Shown here in pieces: positions 1 to 13,543 of a DNA stretch of 64,000 nucleotides. The notes below the pieces were generated by a model. It was given only the letters and a program-made list of their open reading frames with translations, was not told the DNA's origin and ran no database searches. A program made the translations under genes and the position numbers. Source of the stretch: Octopus sinensis (taxonomy: Eukaryota); NCBI RefSeq assembly GCF_006345805.1, contig NC_043000.1, forward strand, positions 20,770,001-20,834,000. The letters run 5' to 3'. Within the stretch, counting starts at the first letter, position 1. Each line of letters opens with the position of its first letter.

Positions 1-207
1 ACAGTAGAAGACACTTGTCCAAGATATTGCTCAATGGGATCAAACCTGGAACCATGTGGTTGCAAACTAAACAACTTAACCACACAGCTATGCTTGTACT
101 AATATATAAAACAATTCCAAACTAAAATTTTCCTGTTATTTAACCAACACATTTATTTATTGAACATAATGCACTTTACATCAAAATATATCACTTATCG
201 GTTTCAG

Positions 208-369
208 ATTTTTACAGTTCCACATACGTGTTGGCAGCAACTCTTATATATCTGAATGCCGCCCTCCTGATAGAATGTCGGAGTCAGTTTTTCTGGAATA
301 TTCTTGCAATGGCGGCATAACCTGGAATTTACTTAAAATGTTTGCAGACGAAATGTATAAAACACCACA
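208..369 (+). CDS. RELN: Reelin-like exon 1 in window (162 nt, phase 2-2)
   Basis: tttcag| acceptor and |gtaaat donor. Translates FLQFHIRVGSNSYISECRPPDRMSESVFLEYSCNGGITWNLLKMFADEMYKTP. Not in the ORF track. Confidence 0.92.
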
Positions 370-1269
370 GTAAATATAATCTGTTTTCAATTTACATAAT
401 ATATATATTTTTTATATTTTAGAATATGTTTGAGTCTTATAATTATTCATTTTGTTGTTTGGTTGAAATCTATCATCATCATTTAATGTCCACTTTCCAT
501 GCTGGCATGGATTGGACGGTTTGACCGAAAACTAATAAGCCAGGAAACTACACCAGTGGATTAGGTTGTATAACATTTATATAAATATTTACTTCCATTT
601 AGACTAAAAAGCATTGGCTTTGTTAGAAATAGCAGCCAAATCTCCCTCAAATTACACTCTGCCATAATAATGATAATAATGGTTTCAAGTTTTGCCACCA
701 GGGCAACAATTTTGGGGGAGAAGATGAGTCAATTACATCAACCCCAGTGTTTCACTGATACTTAATTTATTGGTCCCAAAAGGATGTAAGGCAAAATCGA
801 CCTCAGCAGAATTTGAACTGAGAACATAAAGACAGATGAAATGCCACTAAGGATTTTACCTGGCTTGCTAATGATTCTGCAAATGATAATATTCTGATTT
901 TGGTAAAAGGCCAGCAACTTTGAGGCGAGGTAACAAATAAATTACATTGACCCCTGTACTTACTTAATTTATCAACCCCAAAAGGATGAAAGGCAAAATT
1001 GACCTTGTCAGAATTTGAACTCAGAATGTAGCAGCAGATGAAATTGGGAGTGGGGGGTAATTCAGTCACATCCATCCCAGTACTTGACTAGTACTTAAGT
1101 TTTTGACTCCAAAAGGATGAAAGACAGTCAACCTCTGTGGAATTTAAACTCAGAACATAGTGACGGGCAAAATACTGCTAAGCATTTCTAAGCATACTAA
1201 AGACTCTGCCAGCTCACCACCTTATTAATAATAATAATAATAATAATAATAAAAATAATAATTGGACAA

Positions 1270-1600
1270 TTTGGCTGAAGACTGGTGAATCAGATGGCAG
1301 CACCAGACTTCAATCTGATCTGGCAGAGTTTCTACAGCTGGATACCTTTCCTAACGCCAACCACACTGAGAGTGTAGTGGGTGCTTTTACGTGCCACTGG
1401 TGCAGGAGCCAGTCAGGCGGTACTGGCAACAGCCACACTCAAATGATGTTTGTTACTTGCCACCCTGCACAGAAGCCAGTCTAATGGCACTGGCAACGAC
1501 CTTGCTTGAATGTTTTTTCACGTGTCACCAGCACAAGTGCCAGTAAGGTGATGCTAGTAACGATCATGCTCGAATGGTGCTTTTTACGTGCCACCAGCAT
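1270..1600 (-). mobile_element. RTE 3'UTR-only copy
   Basis: Contains ctacagctggat..ttcctaacgccaaccac and cttttacgtgccac subrepeats. Confidence 0.8.
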
Positions 1601-2130
1601 GAACAATAATAATCCTTTCTACTATAGGCACAAGGCCTGAAATTGGGAGTTGGGGGTAATTCGATCACATCCATCCCAGGACTTGACTAGTACTTAATTT
1701 ATTGACTCCAAAAGGATGAAAGACAAAGTTGACCTCAGTGGAATTTGAACTCAGAACATAACAACAAACAAAATACCACAAGGCATTTTGTCCAGCATGC
1801 TAACAACTCTGCTACCTGTCCACCTTAGTAATATTAATAATAACAATGTGTTAAATTTACTGTGTCTGAATCTAATCAGATGGGATGGCCATGGCTAGAA
1901 TGTATTTGTTTATTGTTTAACCCCAGATCATTCCTTATGTGAACCAATATAATATCAGATTAACCCAAAATGACAAAAAAAACTGGTCCTGTCATTGTTT
2001 ATTCTTAAAATACGAAGGACACATTGTAAGTGGGAGGTGTAAAATTAACCTTTCCACCAAGCAAGATATTAACATGTTCTTTTACCTAAGAGATTTTGAT
2101 ATATTTCTAACATATTTTATTTTTTTCTAG

Positions 2131-2370
2131 GATGGATTCTGTTGAGCTACCAAAAGCTGCCAAGGGGGATGGGTGCCGTTTCCGCTGGTACCAACCAAAT
2201 CACTCAGGAAGTCGTCAAGATGTTTGGGCATTAGACGACATCATATTGAATAACCTTTTATTCCATACACTAGACATAGAAACCAAAGACCTTGAAAGGG
2301 AATTCTATGAACTAACAGCATCACAAGGAAAACTTATTGATACTTATTGTGACATGCCAAAGCCAATTGG
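2131..2370 (+). CDS. RELN: Reelin-like exon 2 (240 nt, phase 2-2)
   Basis: ttttctag| and |gtaatt. MDSVELPKAAKGDGCRFRWYQPNHSGSRQDVWALDDII...YCDMPKPI. Confidence 0.93.
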
Positions 2371-2725
2371 GTAATTATTCTTTTCTCAATTCAACCTTTT
2401 ACCACTTTAAAGTCTTTTTGCAAAAGTATTAATTTTGAATCCACAGTATCATATTGCTCTCTTCCATTTCAAACAATTCCCAGCCACACACAACCAACTG
2501 TCATATATATATCAAAATGTAACCACATGTGAATCGTTGGTGATTTTCTTCCTCCATCTTCCTTTTCTATTGGACTTTCCTCTGTTTCTGAAGAAGAGCT
2601 TTGCTCAAAACATTAAATCATCTTTCTTTCCCTCCCTGAGTGTCTGCTAATACTTTACATGTACCATGTCCTCACGTTGTTTTTTTGTGTGTGTTTGTTC
2701 TTCATTTTTGGGGGATATATATATG

Positions 2726-3526
2726 TATAGAGGGGTCCACCAAGATTCAGTCCTCAGCCCCCTACTAGTTATCATAGTCCTCCAGGCAATAACAGAGGAA
2801 TTCAAGACAGGATGCCCCTGGGATCTCCTCTATGCTGATGACCTTGTTCTAATTGCTGAGTCACTATCAGAACTAGAGAAGTTTCAGGTGTGGAAACAAG
2901 GATTAGAATCAAAGGGCCTTAGAGTCAACCTGGCTAAAACCAAAGTCCTAATAAGTAGGAAGTCAGACAAACCACAAATCCCTTCAGGTAGATGGCCCTA
3001 CTCAATCTGTAGAAAAGGCGTAGGAAGAAACTCTATAAGATGTACCCAATGTAAGCTATGGACATATAAGAGGTGCAGTAATATCAAGGGAAGGCTAACT
3101 GGGAAGATAGTTTTTGTATGTGGCAGATGCTCGGGAGCAATAAACAGTGAAAATGTGCAGAGAACAACTTTTGCCACATTCCAGGGAGAAAAACTAGAAG
3201 TAGTTGATAGCTTCTGTTACCTAGGTGACCAAGTCAGTAACAGGGAAGGGAGTGCTGAAAGTGTACCTACTAGAATAAGAATAGCCTGGGCAAAGTTCAG
3301 AGACTCTTACCTCTGCTGGTGACAAAGGGCCTCTCGCTCAGAGTAAAAGGTAGACTGTATGACGCATGTGTACGAACAGCCATGCTACATGGCAGTGAAA
3401 CATGGGCCGTGACTGCTGAGGAGATGTGTAAGCTCGCAAGGAATGAAGCCAGTATGCTCCGATGGATGTGTAATGTCAGTGTTCATACTCAACAGAGTGT
3501 AAGTGCCTTGGGAGAAAAGTTGGACC
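2726..3526 (+). mobile_element. Internal RTE LINE fragment (RT C-terminal half with PHD-type finger)
   Basis: ORFs 2666-3322 and 3319-3546 (GVHQDSVLSP, YADD, RIRIAWAKF, MLHGSETW) closely match the element at 54155-57449. Confidence 0.93.
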
Positions 3527-3730
3527 TTGAGATACCCTTGGCTTGAGTAGCCTCTGGTATACACCTTGCTTGGATATTTACCACTTCTGAGCACCTGCTC
3601 ACTATGAAACATATGTTGCCCAGATCTTGTCTGAGCCATTCCTTAACTTTTGTGTGGGTATGTGTATGTATGTATGTATGTATATATATATATGTGTGTG
3701 TGTGTATATATATTATATATATATATATAT

Positions 3731-4221
3731 ATATAAAATAAATATAAGAGAATGGTCACTATGTGGCTCATTCTAGCACTAGAAAATCCAAAAGGTTTCA
3801 ACCACAAAAATAATTATGCTACACTTATTTCTAAATGTAGTATTTGTCTCCGTGAAAGTTTGGCGCGCTGTTAGTAGGGGCATTTGAATTATAACGTCGG
3901 ATGTAATCAATTGAACCACACGTGTATTTTTCATTATGGTAAAATCTGGCGTGTGATTGAGTGGATTTCATCCAGATAGTTTTGGCTGAGGAGCTACAAG
4001 TGGGTTTTTTGTAAGTAAAAATTACATTTAATTCATTAATAGCGAAACAATTGTCCCAAAATAATCTGTATTTTTGTTATTCTTTATTTGCCCTGTTCGT
4101 GTGAGCTAACAATCGTACTGACTTTCATGGGAAACATGTATTTTTGTGGTTGAAACCTTTTGGATTTTCTAGTGCTAGAATGAGCCACATAGTGACCATT
4201 CTCTTATATTTATTTTTATAT
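3731..4221. mobile_element. MITE with about 82-bp terminal inverted repeats, in AT-rich flanks
   Basis: 3731-3812 is the near-perfect reverse complement of 4139-4221. Confidence 0.85.
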
Positions 4222-4339
4222 AAAATATTGTAATATATTATAAAATATTATAATAATCCAGGTTTCTCGAAGCACTAGGCCACTTGGTGTTGAATAGATA
4301 TACTATTAAATTAGTATCTAATTCTCTCACCCTTATTAA

Positions 4340-4382
<43 letters not shown>

Positions 4383-4409
4383 ATATATATACAGAGAGAG
4401 AGAGATATA

Positions 4410-4777
4410 GGTGCAGAGTGGCTATGATAAGTAGCTTGCTTACCAAGCACACACTTCCAGGTTCAGTCCCACTGTGTGGCATTTTGGGCAAGTGTCTTCC
4501 ATTAAAGCCTTGTGAGTGGATTTGGTAGACGGAAACTGAAAGAAGCCCGTCGTGTATAAATATATATGTATGTATATGTTTGTGTATCTGTGTTTGACCC
4601 CCCAACATCGCTTGACAACTGATGTTGGTGTGTTTATGTCTTCGTAACTCAGCGGTCCAGCAAAAGAGACCAATACAATAAGTACTAGGTTTACAAAGAA
4701 TAAGTCCTGGGGTCAATTTGTTCGACTAAAGGCAGTACTCCAGTATGGCCACAGTCAAATGACTGAAACAAAGAAAG

Positions 4778-4829
<52 letters not shown>

Positions 4830-5228
4830 GGCACAGGAGTGACTGTGTGGTAAGTAGCTTGCTAACCAACCACATGGTTCCGGGTTCAGTCCCACTGTGT
4901 GGCATCTTGGGCAAGTGTCTTCTGCTATAGCCCCGGGCCGACCAATGCCTTGTGAGTGGATTTGGTAGACGGAAACTGAAAGAAGCCTGTCGTATGTATG
5001 TATATATATGTATGTGTGTGTGTGTTTGTGTGTCTGTGTTTGTCCCCCTAGCATTGCTTGACAACTGATGCTGGTGTGTTTACATCCCCGTCACTTAGCG
5101 GTTCGACAAAAAAGACCGATAGAATAAGTACTGGGCTTACAAAGAATAAGTCTCGGGGTCGATTTGCTTGACTAAAGGTGGTGCTCCAGCATGGCCGCAG
5201 GCAAATTACTGAAACAAGTAAAAGAGTA
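4410..5228 (+). mobile_element. Two tandem copies of octopus tRNA-derived SINE family A (CORE-like body, central (TA)/(TG) microsatellite)
   Basis: A-box-like tgtggtaagtagc, B-box-like ggttcagtcc, body ttgggcaagtgtcttc, tail gtcaaatgactgaaacaagtaaaagag. The CORE resemblance is from memory. Confidence 0.85.
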
Positions 5229-5946
5229 AATATATATATATATATATACATACATTCACCATCAATGCTGAGTTGTAACAGTTTCACCTGAAGATTTCAG
5301 TTGTGTGAAACTCAAGTTGTGAGACATTCTCAGCTTCAGTTTCAATAAAAAAAAAACTTGTGTATGTGTGTACCTTTTGCACAAAGACTGCAACATTAAC
5401 ACACCCTAATAAATCATCCTGTAGCTCTATGCTTTCAAACACAAAGGAATTTCAAAACTCTCATACTTCACAAATAGGTATGGGTTAGTGACAGGAAAAG
5501 CATCTGGTTGTAAAATAATACCACATTAATGTTCATCCAGCCAACGTTAATATGATTAAAAAAAAAAGACAAATATAAAATAAAATAAATTAATGGACAA
5601 ACTTATTTATCTTAGATCTTCAACTGAATTTGAACAACATCAAAGAAGCTTTACCATTTCTAAGAACACTTGAAATATTTAAGTCTAAAATAATCAACAT
5701 ACTTTTATAAGTTTCTAAAACATATTAAATTTCAAATGCACATCAACCAGTTATGAACATTCTTTAGAGAAAGTCTATCAACTTAAGACATAAATGCTTT
5801 GGCAATAACAATTTACGACTCTACACCTACCCCACCCCCTCAGCTTTCATTTGCAAGTGAGAATAATTTGGTAGCATCTGCCATGTATTTGTTAATTGTG
5901 TTAAATGCCTATGTATTTGTGAAGGTGCATGGCTTAGTGGTTAGAG

Positions 5947-6125
5947 CAGTGCTTTTCAAACTTTTTGCTGGAGCGGAACCCCAAGGAAACATTCCACTGG
6001 CTCGAGGAACCCCTGTGCAATAATTTAATAGTCTTATGCACACATATCTGCACAGGAGAATTAAAAATTACTGCTGATTTTAGCAGTTTTGTAACTTCTT
6101 GCGGAACCCTGGTTGAAAACCACTG
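5947..6125. mobile_element. hAT-type MITE (179 bp) with an 8-bp TSD
   Basis: TIRs cagtgcttttcaaac and ggttgaaaaccactg (13/15 match). TSD ggttagag at 5939-5946 and 6126-6133. Confidence 0.92.
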
Positions 6126-6492
6126 GGTTAGAGTATTGGACTTAAACTTGTGACATTGTGAGTTCAATTCTTTTACTATGTTGTGTGTTGTGTTCTTGAG
6201 CAAGACACTTTATTTCACATTGCTCCAGTTTACTCAACTGAAAAAATGAGTTGCAACGTCACTGGTTGTATTGGCCTTTGTCTTTCCCTTGGACAACGTT
6301 AGTGGTGTGGAAAGGGGAGACTAATATGCATGGATAACTGTTGGTTTTCCATAAACAACCTTGCCTGGACTTGTGCCTCAGAGGGTAACTTTCTAGGTGC
6401 AATCTCAGGGTCATTCATGAATTAAGGGTGTCTTTGTTTGCTTAAATATTTATCAGTAGACATAGATATCTTCTCAGCAGAACATCGAAGAT

Positions 6493-6915
6493 GGCACAGG
6501 AGTGGCTGTGTGGTAAGTAACTTGCTTACCAACCACATGATTCCGGCTTCATTCCCACTGCATGGCACCTTGGGCAAGTGTCTTCTTCTATAGCCTCGGG
6601 GCAACCAAAGCCTTATGAGTGAATTTGGTAGATGGAAACTGAAAGAAGCCCATCGTATATGTGTGTGTGTTTATATTTATATATATATATGTATATATGT
6701 GTGTGTTTGTGTATTTGTTTGTGTGTCTGTGTTTGTCCCCCCCAACATTGCTTAACAACCGATGCTGGTGTGTTTACGTCCCCATAACGTAGCAGTTTGG
6801 CAAAAGAGACCGATAGAATAAGTACTAGGCTTACAGAGAATAAGTCCTGGGGTTGATTTGCTCGACTAAATGCAGTGCTCCAGCATGGCCACAGTCAAAT
6901 GACTGAAAAAAAGAG
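6493..6915 (+). mobile_element. SINE family A full copy. Others at about 8720-9100(-), 19095-19480(-), 20027-20432(-), 24066-24270(-), 24505-24680(-), 35478-35835(+), 40075-40705(-), 45015-45400(+), 51068-51420(+) and 62872-63275(-)
   Basis: Same head, body and tail in each copy. Boundaries approximate. Confidence 0.85.
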
Positions 6916-7922
6916 TATATTAGAGCTGGAAGGAGGAGGGGGAGGGTCTGCATCCACACTTCACTGGTACTCATTTACAATTGAGTAGACTGGAAGCATG
7001 TGGAGTGCCTTGCCCAAGGGCACAGTGTACTGCCTGGTGCAGAAATTGAACCCATGACTTTATGATCATGATATTAACACCTACACTTACCATCTGACCA
7101 TATTAACACCATTTGTATTGCTACCATTTTAGTAACTACCACATATTTTAATAACTGTTGACCATTTTTATTGCAAGATAATTCAGTTTGGCGAACCACA
7201 AGGCAGACAGAGAACCAGTCTAGATGTTTGTAATATGTGGATGCCTCTTAGGGGACAAGCTGACAGAATCATTAGCATGCCGGGCGAAATGCTTAGTGGT
7301 ATTTCGTCTGCCACTACGTTCTGAGTTCAAATTCTGCCGAGGTCGACTTTGCCTTTCATCCTTTCGGGGGTCGATTAAATAAGTACCAGTTATGCACTGA
7401 GGTCGATATAATCAGCTTAATCCGTTGGTCTGTCCTTGTTTGTCCTCTCTGTGTTTAGCCGCTTGTGGGTAGTAAAGAAATAGGTATTTTGTCTGTCTTT
7501 TGTTTGTCTTCCATGTGTTAATATGTACTACCTTGCGACAATGTAAATTTTCACTTATCAAGATATTCTTGGCTTGAATTACCACTTCCGAGGTTCTGAG
7601 TTCAAATTCCACCAGGGTTGACTTTGCCTTTCATTCTTTCAGGGTCGATAAATTAAGTACCTGTTGCATACTGGGTCAATCTACTCGACTGGCCCCCTCC
7701 CCCAAAATTTCAGGCCTTGTGGCTAGAGTAGAAAAGAATATGTGGATGCCTCTCAATTCTAAACACTGAGCTCTTATCAGCTTCAACTTCATTTCATCCT
7801 TCTGGATTGATAAGACAAACCCCAGAATATTTTATATTAATTTTAAGTATCTTTTTAATGTCTTACTCCTTGATAAAAACAATATTTCCAACTGCAATCA
7901 GATTAATTACCATATATATATA

Positions 7923-8436
7923 TCTATATATATAAAACTGTAGTTGTGTGAGTGTCTGTCCCCTTCGATTTAGATTCCTAACTCCTCCCACATTTTGCGG
8001 TGCAGTTTAACCAAATTCGTGTATCTTATAGTCGTGATTCATATCGAGCCCGTCTGAGTATTAGCGCGTGTCTACAATGAGTCTACGATTTTAAAAATAA
8101 TTTAACATCATTTTTTATTCCATTTTAATGCATAATTTTTCGTGTGTCGATGGCGGCGGAGTTGGCGTCCACGCTCAAACACCTGCACCTGTGTTTGCTT
8201 CTCCCCCTTCCCTCCCTCGTGAAGCTGTGGGGAAGGGAGTGTAAGGAAATCAACGTCGTAATGCGTTGTCAAGGGGACCAGCGTTCTTTTAGAACAACGA
8301 CTTCATGGCTTGAAGACACCAAAACAGAAATGGCTAAGAAAGCCCGAATTGGCATCTATAAAGGAAGTAACTCTCTAAAAATGCTTATATAGTTATTTCC
8401 CTTACAAACCCGAGCAATGCCGGGCGATACTGCTAG
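7923..8436 (+). mobile_element. Non-autonomous Helitron
   Basis: A|TC 5' end, subterminal hairpin cccgagcaatgccggg, CTAG|T 3' end, no TSD. Confidence 0.88.
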
Positions 8437-9107
8437 TATATATATATAATAGAAATATGTTAAAAAATGAAAATAGAAACTACAGGTGGAAATGTAAGGA
8501 GAAAGTAAGAAGAAAAATAAGCGAAAATGCACATTGGAAATCAAAAAAAGGATAGGCTTTCTATGAAAAGTAACGATAGATATATACAATTAGATGAACT
8601 GAGGTAGGAATAAAAGTAATAAAGTCATTATTGTGAATTGTTGCAGAGATTCAAAAGCATACTGGTTTTGGGAATTTACTAATCATTGCTTTGAATACAC
8701 ACACACACACACACATATCTTGTATCTTTTACTTCTTTCAGTCATTAGAATGCAACCATGCTAGGGCAGTGACTTCAAGAATTTTTTAGTCAAATCAATC
8801 CTGGTACTTATTTTCCTTTTTTTAAAGTCTGGTACTTACTCCATCAGTCACTTTTGCTGAACTACTAAGTTAGAGGAACATAAGCACACCAACACTGGTA
8901 GGAGTACAGACACACACACATATATATATGTATGTATGTATATACATAATGGGCTCCTTTCAGTTTTTGTGTAACATATCCACCCACAAGGCTTTAGTTG
9001 GCCTGAGGCTATAGCAGAAGACACTTGCCCAAGATGCCACGCAATGGAACTGAACCCAAAACCATAAGGTTGGGAGCAAGCTTCTTACCACACTTCCATG
9101 CCTACAT

Positions 9108-9168
<61 letters not shown>

Positions 9169-11629
9169 ATGTCTTTGTGTTTTGCTCCTACATTTATTCT
9201 GCCAACTGCTTGCTACATTATCTTGTTGTTTACTGAATTTATTTCCATATATTATTTACTCTCCACTTGTTTGTTTGACGTTTTTTTGTTTCTGATGTGA
9301 TTAGTAACAATGTCGGGGGGGATTAATATTTCCTAACTTTATAATCTCAATGGTGAATCAAGATAAATTTCCATCTTTAACAACAAACTGAGATTTATGT
9401 GACTAAAGTGTTTGGGGAAAATTAAGGGATTTAGTCTTTGTTTTGATTATAATTACTTGTAGTAATTAATCACAAGTAAAATGAATAAATAAATATATAA
9501 TAAATGTTTTGTTTTTTAATTTTCTGTTTGTATGGAAAAGGTTAATATGTAAGACAAAATAACTGGGGAATTGGCAGAATTTTTAGTGGCAGGCATGTGG
9601 CATTTAATTATGATGCTTCATATTCTAGGTTCAAATTTCACTACAGTAAACTCTGCCTTTTGTTCTTTGGTGGTGGGTAAAATAAAGTTCTAGTCAAGTA
9701 CTTTGGTTGATTCAATATGCGGCAAGCTGGCAGAAATATTAGCACACCGGGCAAAATGCTTAGCGGTATTTCGTCTGCCGTTACATTCTGAGTTCAAATT
9801 CCACCAATGTCGACTTTGCCTTTCATCTTTTTGGAGTCGATAAATTAAGTACCAGTTACGCACTGGGGTCGATATAATCGACTTAATCCGTTTGTCTGTC
9901 CTTGTTTGTCCTCTCTGTGTTTAGCCCCTTGTGGCTAGTAAATAAATAGGTATTTCATCTGTCTTCAACAAAACCTGTGATAAAAAGAATAATGATAATA
10001 ATAATAATAATAATAATAGTAAATGCCCTGATGCAGTACCAGGCAGTGGCTCCTGTGGCTTCTGATCTTAACTGATTGGAAGTGTTATCATGTACATTGT
10101 TTTGTCTTGGTATAAAAGATGAATTCAAATTCTGCCAAGGTCGACTTTGCCTTTTATCCTTTTGAGGTTGATAAATTAAGTACCAGTTGCATACTGTGGT
10201 CAATCTAATTCACTGGCCTCCACCCCAAAAAATTTTCAGGCCTTGTGCCTAGAGTAAAAAAGAATATTCTTATAAAGACTCTGAGATGTGATTGGAATGA
10301 TATGGTAGTAGAACACTTGATTACTATTTCAGAAGACAAACAACTTTGTATAAAATTATGTTTACTCTCAACTGATTTCTCTGTTTTTGCTTAAGTTACA
10401 GTCTTTATAAATCTTAACACATTTCATCATCTAAACACTGATAAATCACTAGATTGTTATCATTAGCTTGATGTTTAATAGTTTTTCAGCAATTGAAGCA
10501 GACAGATAACTAGATCATGGTAGAATCAAGAAATTTATGATATATTTCTTCAGTTTAGCTATGAAATAATAAATCTCTCTTTAGTATTAGAAAGGAGGCA
10601 TTGGGGATTATGATATAAAGGAGCTTGTTATGACCAAAATCCTAAGCAGTGTGTTTTTTGTGACACAGAATTACAGAAAATTATAAATTCTGTAATAGAT
10701 GGCCTGAAACATATAAATTCACTTAACCTAATGACACACATCAACAGTATCAGCAACATCATCATTGTAGTTAAATTTTCTGTGCTAGCATGGGCTGAAT
10801 GGTTTAACAGGATCCAAATGAGTTTTTACAAGAGTTACAGCCCTCCTAGATATGTTAGAGGACCAAATCTCACCCAGGCATCTCTCTTTTGGAATGGTTT
10901 CTATATGTTCTTCCTAACACCAACCACTTTACAGAGTGTACAAGGTGCATTTTATCATGGCACCAGCACTAGTGAGGTTGTCTTATCACTCACAAGACTG
11001 AAGACTCCCAAATCAGAGAAGAAGAAGAAAGGCTGATGGCTTTTGATGAGGTCTTGAGACAAGTTAAATCCATTGTATTTTGAAAACTCGATTTTGTTAC
11101 CATTGAGCATCTCTACCTTCCTTGGATGCTTGTTTTTAATCTCCTGCACAAAATGACTAATCTCTTGTTTCAGGATATATAACAGAAACTAATGAATATG
11201 GATTATTAAACTTGAGATTCTATACTAATTATATAACATACATCAATCATGTCCATCCCAGTTTGAAATTGTATAACATATATCATGTCTCAGTTGATAT
11301 TGTGAAGTAAATTGCAACAATTTCTATAGATTTTTTAATGCACATCTTATGTAAAAATCGTTCATGTTTGTTATACATACACACATGAGGATAAAACATC
11401 TATCCTGTGCACAAATGTGCTAAAATGAGTGAATTTTGTCTTCTTCTGTGATGAGGTGGTGTGAGCTTTGACTTCTAGAAGAGTGAAAATTAGAATCCTG
11501 ATCTTTCTGCCTTTCTCAAGGATATTAACAAAATAAATTAAATGCATAGAACTTAGCATAGATCAAATTTTCTGATGCAGCCCTTCACAAGGGATATGAC
11601 AAAAGATATATAAAGGGAGTTGATTTAGC

Positions 11630-11945
11630 ACCTGTTTTCCATACTGGCATGGGTTGGATAGGTTGGCAGGAGCTGGCAAGGCCAGGAACTGCACCAGGAT
11701 CCATAGTCTGTTTTGGTTTTGTTTCTACAGCTGGATGCCCTTCCTAATGCCACCCACTTTACAATGTGTATTGGTTGTTTTTTTTACATAGCTTCAACAC
11801 CAGTGCTTTTTATGTGGCACCAGCATCGGTGCTTTTTATGCAGAACCAGCACCAGTGCTTTTTATGTGGCACCAGTGCTTTTTACATGGCACCAGCACCG
11901 GTGCTTTTTGTGTGGCTCCAGCATGAATGCTTTTTCCATGACACC
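11630..11945 (-). mobile_element. RTE 3'UTR copy with a 26-bp minisatellite expansion
   Basis: Terminal block at about 11630-11770, then six tgcttttt-anchored units. Confidence 0.8.
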
Positions 11946-13243
11946 TTCGTTTTATGATATCAAATTTATTCAATTTATTCAAGCCTGGAAAAAGAGAAGG
12001 TAATATATTGAAAGTGATGACAGTGATGACGGTAATGACACTGAAGATAATGACTAAATATGAGAAAGGGAATTTATTTTTAAAATCTTTTGTCTGCAGC
12101 AAAATATCTAAATTCACAAATCCCCCCCTATAAAAATTAATATAAAACAGTCAACAAACAATATTTGGAATTTAGTCCGAATCTCTCATCTTGAACATGT
12201 TATGACAATGTTTAGAGAACATGTTAAATATTTAATTCCAGTGTTGTTACAAAGCTGTCAATAATGGATTTTCTATGGATATTTTCAGAAATGAGTCAAA
12301 ACATTGAGGTATTGGTAATGTATGACAGGTTGATAAAAGAATTGGTCTTAGATTAGAATAATTCAAATTGATTTATGCATGCTTAATTAAGGTGGTGGGT
12401 AAAATATATTTTTTTAAAATTTGGGATGATTCTTCAGTGCAAATTTTAAAACAGCAATAGGTTTCTCTAGAATTTATTCTTTAAAAAATTAAATTTTGGC
12501 ATAGTGAGGTTCCAGTTTCAACTACCAGTAACTGTATCATTTTAAGATGTATTTTTGTTTTGTTTTGTTTTTTGGTAGGGTGTAAGGCTTAAAAACAGGA
12601 AGCATGTAAAAAACACCATTTGAGCGTAGCTGTAGAAATTCTGCCAGATCAGATTGGAGCCTGGTGCAGCCATCTGGTTAGCCAGTCCTCAGTCAAATCG
12701 TCCAACCCATGCTAGCATGGAAAGCGGACGTATGACGATGATGATGATGATAGCTTTTTTTTGGAATCAATTTTGTATAAGATTCAAATTCAATACAAAA
12801 GGTTCCCATGTAAACTCCCTTTCATTTTATTATGTCTTTAATTCAATATTATCTCATAATGCCTTTAATACTATTCCTACATACATATATAGAACCTATA
12901 AACTAGGAGACAGGCTGTCATACTTGGAACAGAGTGTATATTATTAATGAGATCATGGATAGCAACAAAAGGACTTAGCTAACTGATTGACCAAACAATT
13001 AATCAAATAATCAATTAGTTAATAGGTTAAATATTAATGAATTGACAATTAATTATAATAATAAAAGTGAAACAGAACCAGTGTATTTGTTTATTATGGG
13101 CATAATGACCCTCCTGTGTTACATAATTATTAACAAATATATAATTTTATTCAGTCTCTATCAAAAATGGTATCAAAATCTTTAAAATGTTCTTCCACTA
13201 AATTTTACAATTTCTACTTTATTTATTTATCTTTTACTTTTAG

Positions 13244-13543
13244 CTTTGTTGATGAACCAAAAGTTGGAGAAAAACGCTACATTATGACCAGTGCAATGAA
13301 AATTGGTCCTTCCTACATGATACAGTTTAATATATCACTGGGTTGTGGCATCCCATTTGTACCAGGTCTGGACAATAAAGTACGACTGGAATATTCTATT
13401 GATCATGGTCTCACATGGAGTCTTGTTGAGAAAGCTTGTCTCCCACCAGAACGATGTGAAGAGTACAATGCAGGAACTGTATATGATTATTTTGAGTATC
13501 CTATGTGGAGTAGAATCACAATTCTTTTACCTCCTGATACTTG
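13244..13543 (+). CDS. RELN: Reelin-like exon 3 (300 nt, phase 2-2)
   Basis: acttttag| and |gtaagt. FVDEPKVGEKRYIMTSAMKIGPSYMIQFNISLGC...YSIDHGLTW...WSRITILLPPDT. Confidence 0.94.

Noticed and set aside
5280-5322. CTGAAGA...GAAAC inside a small hairpin
   Set aside because: Stems I and II of a hammerhead cannot be formed around the core.
13167-13243. Upstream extensions of the exon ORFs (also 24478-24747, 31922-32002, 42517-42608 and 45452-45503)
   Set aside because: These are intronic polypyrimidine or SINE sequence upstream of the true AG acceptor.
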